The notes beneath the pieces were generated by a model. The model searched no databases and was not told the DNA's origin. It saw nothing but the letters and a program-made list of their open reading frames with translations. Of a DNA stretch of 64,000 nt, positions 60,489 to 64,000 are shown piece by piece. Numbering within the stretch: the stretch's first letter is position 1; each line of letters begins with the position of its first letter. The translations under genes were made by a program, and so were the position numbers. Source of the stretch: Balanoglossus misakiensis (Eukaryota; Animalia; Hemichordata); assembly GCA_040954595.2 (NCBI GenBank), contig CM082588.2, positions 6,088,202 through 6,152,201 on the forward strand. The letters run 5' to 3'.

Positions 60489-61034
60489 CTTCAAAGGATA
60501 ATGATCCGAATACGCCATTTCGTTGTGGGGTTCAATGGTGTACTCAGGCGGGTCGTTGCTGGCTGTGAGGACATCCTGTGCCACTTTATGTCTGACGGCC
60601 GTCCCCCCTTCATATCCGAGCTGTGTATAGCCAAGGCCTTGCATGAACTGTGAGAATTCGCGGCCATTACTTTCTAGCGGTACACCACGGAATAGCAGGG
60701 CGCCGTAAACGTGCAACTCGCGGTCGATGATTTCCCGAGCTTCTTTTGCGTACTCAATAATTGATGTTGCGCCTTTCGCGGGAGAGATTGCACTATACAA
60801 CGCCGGGGCGTTGTCCCTTGGACTGGCTACGTATTCTGGATAGTTACTTCTTGGAGTCAATGCCCCGGGGAGCCACTTTCTTCCCAATAACAGCGCCGAT
60901 GTCTGGGCTGGGATATCGACTCTGCGCTTGTAGTTGAATTTCGTAGCGTACCTTGTGCTGGTAGAAAACAAACTGGCTCTCTCTACAACCGATGGCACCA
61001 CAACATTCCGAAAGATTACCGAAACAGATCGCAT
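60489..61034 (-). CDS. Stand-alone dioxygenase first exon F (182 codons); candidate alternative first exon
   Basis: ATG 61034, open frame MRSVSVIFR...TIEPHNEMAYSDHYPLK, phase-0 donor gtaata. No exon 2-4 homologues between it and gene E. Confidence 0.85.
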
Positions 61035-62043
61035 CGTGTCATGCAGGTGCAGGCTATCAAATCAGCAGAAACTAAAACGAAGGACAGTGTTCACCGGCCT
61101 TGAGAAAGTGGGGTAGCGGAGGTAATGGTATTGGCCTGCACACAATGCACACCAATAAAAGCGAGTGTTCCTAGTTACATAACGTAGTGACGCGATGCCT
61201 GGGTGTTGTTCTACGTCGTGTTTACTAATACCACGGTCACTCCACACAATACTTTCACAATGGTCCTACACTTCACATAGCCGTGGAGTCGTATTCGTGG
61301 CTTTCAGGCGATCTAGTGTTCCGATTATATTAGTGCACGCGTATTGAAAGGTCATCGACTGAACCAATAATACACCGCTCGCATTAATTGTGGTCGCCGA
61401 CCTAATTCCATACGCCAAAGTAGGCTACAAAGCTTAGACAGACGGACCACGAACTACTTTAGATCTAGAAAATTGTCATGTGACTCCTAGGAACCGCGCG
61501 AAACGGCGAATCCTTGAGAAAGGTCGACAACTTTTCATAAACAAGCGCACAAAAAAGATGTACTGAAAGTTCTGTGGTACACCCTAACTTTTTTAGGCAT
61601 TTTCATGATTTTAATTTAAAATGGAAAGTATCTCGGGGATGTGTGAAGTGTAAAGGTGACGGAAAATATGAGTCCAGGATCTTTCCACTATTGTCCGACA
61701 TGATTTTGAGTTACCAGAAATGAATGCCCGGGATCATGCAGACCCGCGGCGCGCCTTGGTAAATGCTGTTCAGGTAACTTTCAATTCAATCCCTCGCGGA
61801 AGGAACAAGGGAGTTTTGATCGCTGGGCACGAATGTATCGTGAATTTCCGGATTTTAGAACTTCATGATGTTTGTACGTACACTACTGCCGTGCGTTTAC
61901 AGCACTCTGAAGTTTGTCTCGTCTTCACTGTCAGTCGGTATGACCAATATCGCATATAAATAAAGGGGATCTCTTCCGATTTACAGTAATATCCCACATT
62001 ACCTCTGACTTCATTTTACATGAAAATCATTTCTATTAGTTAC

Positions 62044-62589
62044 CTTCACAGGGAAATAATCCGAATACGCCATTTCGTTGTGAGGTTCGATGGTGAATTC
62101 GGGCGGGTCGTTGCTGGCCGTCAGGACATCTTGGGCCACATGGTGTCTGACGGCTGTTCCCCCTTCATATCCGAGCTGTGTATAGCCAAGGCCTTGCATG
62201 AACTGTGAGAATTCGCTGCCATTACTTTGTAGTGGTACACCACGGAATAGCAGGGCGCCGTAGACGTGCAACTCGCGGTCGATGATTTCCCGAGCTTCTT
62301 TTGCGTACTCACTGATTGATGTTGCGCCTTTCGCGGGAGAAATTGCGCTGTACATCGCCGGGGCGTTGTCGGTCGGACTGGCTATGTATTCAGGAAACTT
62401 ACTTCCCGGAGATAACGCCCCGGGGAGCCACTTTCGCCCCAATAACAGCGCCGATGTCTGGGCTGGTATCTCAACTCTGAGCTTGTAGTTGAATTTCGTT
62501 CCGTGCCTTGTGCTGGTAGAAAACGAAGTGGCTCTTTCTACCGATGGCATCATCACAGCCCTCCGGAGGATGACCGAAACAAATCGCAT
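62044..62589 (-). CDS. Stand-alone dioxygenase first exon G (182 codons); candidate alternative first exon
   Basis: ATG 62589, open frame MRFVSVILRR...TIEPHNEMAYSDYFPVK, phase-0 donor gtaact. No exon 2-4 homologues in the 1-kb gap to exon F. Confidence 0.85.
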
Positions 62590-63747
62590 TGCGTCACTGG
62601 AAGATGAGGGAAACAAAACAACAGTCACAAAAAGAGCAAGACTTTTTTTTGGGGGGGGGGGGTTACGTGTTCGTCGTAAGCCGTCCCGTGATCGACTGAC
62701 ACAGCCTTCTTCGTCAATACTGGATAAAGTACGGTAGCGATGACGTAGGCCTATGTACGCCCAATGGCATTGCATCACCTAGCTGTGAAGTCGCAGCTCA
62801 GAGGCGGCGTGTTAGGCCTATATTCCTATCATTCTGATTATCATCATAAATTTGCATCTAGCATTTCTTCTAGCGGCCCAATAGGCTTAATAAGGGACCC
62901 ACACCGACTCGGCGGTGACCGTGCTTTCAAGGGAACGAATCCAAAGGTTCTATTTGAATTATCTATCGTGCCATTCACGATTATCGTGTTTCACGTCGAC
63001 CGAGATTCAACAACAAAAAGGCTGTGACGGTTACCAAGGCCACGTTGATTACAGAGTAAATGTATTTGAGAATTTGTCAAAGTATTTGCCATTCTAGGTA
63101 TAGGCGCACGCGTACGACGAGATCTTCGAATTTGCGCGTTGTCATCTTCCCAATTACGATTGCACTGAGAAATGATATATTTTGCGAAACAGCAAACGAA
63201 CCGCGTATGTTTGGATTCTCATTTTTTGTAAGTGCTATACAAATTCCTGGTGTATAAAGACCGTGGATGATACATATTTTTTAAACCTGATGATTCATCA
63301 GTTTTGAGTCGCCGGACGGGCATAAGTCAATGTTAGCAAACACTTTCAGAGACGTTTATAAAGCATAGTGGCCACTCAATTTTATTCTACCATTCATGGA
63401 TTTAGTTTCTTTTGAATGACTTTATAACGTGCCAAATCTCATACAAATGACAACAGCAAAAGTGGATTTTCTCATGGAAAAAAAAGATAAGTGCTGGATA
63501 AACGGGATAAGTGGAAGAAGGGAAGCGCCCTCAGACGTTTTACAGCCTCTTTCGCTAACTAACATTTCAACACTTTGTGAAATAAAGAAAGGGTCGTTAT
63601 ATACGTTATTTAAGCGGAAATTCATACAAATCCTGGCAAGAAACAGAACATTTTGACGAGAACTGTGTTTATTTTTGTTTTGTGCTGAAATATACGAGTT
63701 ATGTTTATACCATACTTTGGCCAGTCTGTCCTGATACAAAATCCAAG

Positions 63748-63811
63748 ATGGCGGTCGAGCAGAACAGGACGAAGAAGATCTGGGTCGTATCAAATCGACT
63801 CGATCTAGGAG
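63748..63811 (+). CDS. Possible first coding exon of a neighbouring gene (MAVEQNRTKKIWVVSNRLDLG)
   Basis: CAAGATGGCGG (YY1/Kozak-like start context typical of housekeeping genes) followed by G|gtaaaa donor. The product is not recognised. Confidence 0.35.
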
Positions 63812-64000
63812 GTAAAACCCCTGCAAATCTCGATTTTAAGATCTTCATTGTGTGTAATAACATTCCAGTGGCATTTCTATGCAGCAAAGGTTGAAACAGT
63901 TTACATGTAGAACGTGTAAACAGCTGGAGTGGACGTCGTGCACGGTTGGATCAAAACATAAACAAACCAGTGGGCAAAAATGTACTAATCTATTACATGT

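Overview
Eukaryotic, intron-rich animal DNA (spliceosomal introns, many microsatellites and MITEs; an invertebrate deuterostome such as a hemichordate is my inference only). The window holds a minus-strand tandem family of TauD/TfdA-type Fe(II)/2-oxoglutarate dioxygenases of the bacterial DdaC/SyrP/AmbC type. Four 4-exon genes lie at 1-14.4 kb. At 55.6-62.6 kb one set of exons 2-4 is preceded by THREE intact first exons, which suggests a UGT1A/protocadherin-like variable-first-exon locus. The roughly 41 kb between the two sub-clusters contains a 40-bp minisatellite, two orphan 3' exons of GDP-L-fucose synthase, an internally deleted Gypsy LTR element with a tRNA-Pro PBS, and a 167-bp satellite with higher-order repeats. 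It also contains a head-to-head gene pair with 452 bp between start codons: a 15-exon 2-Ig receptor tyrosine kinase (minus) and a kinase-less 4-Ig type I membrane protein (plus) whose stalk is built from four tandem 51-nt exons. Gene models were assembled by hand from splice signals and reading-frame continuity; none is transcript-validated.
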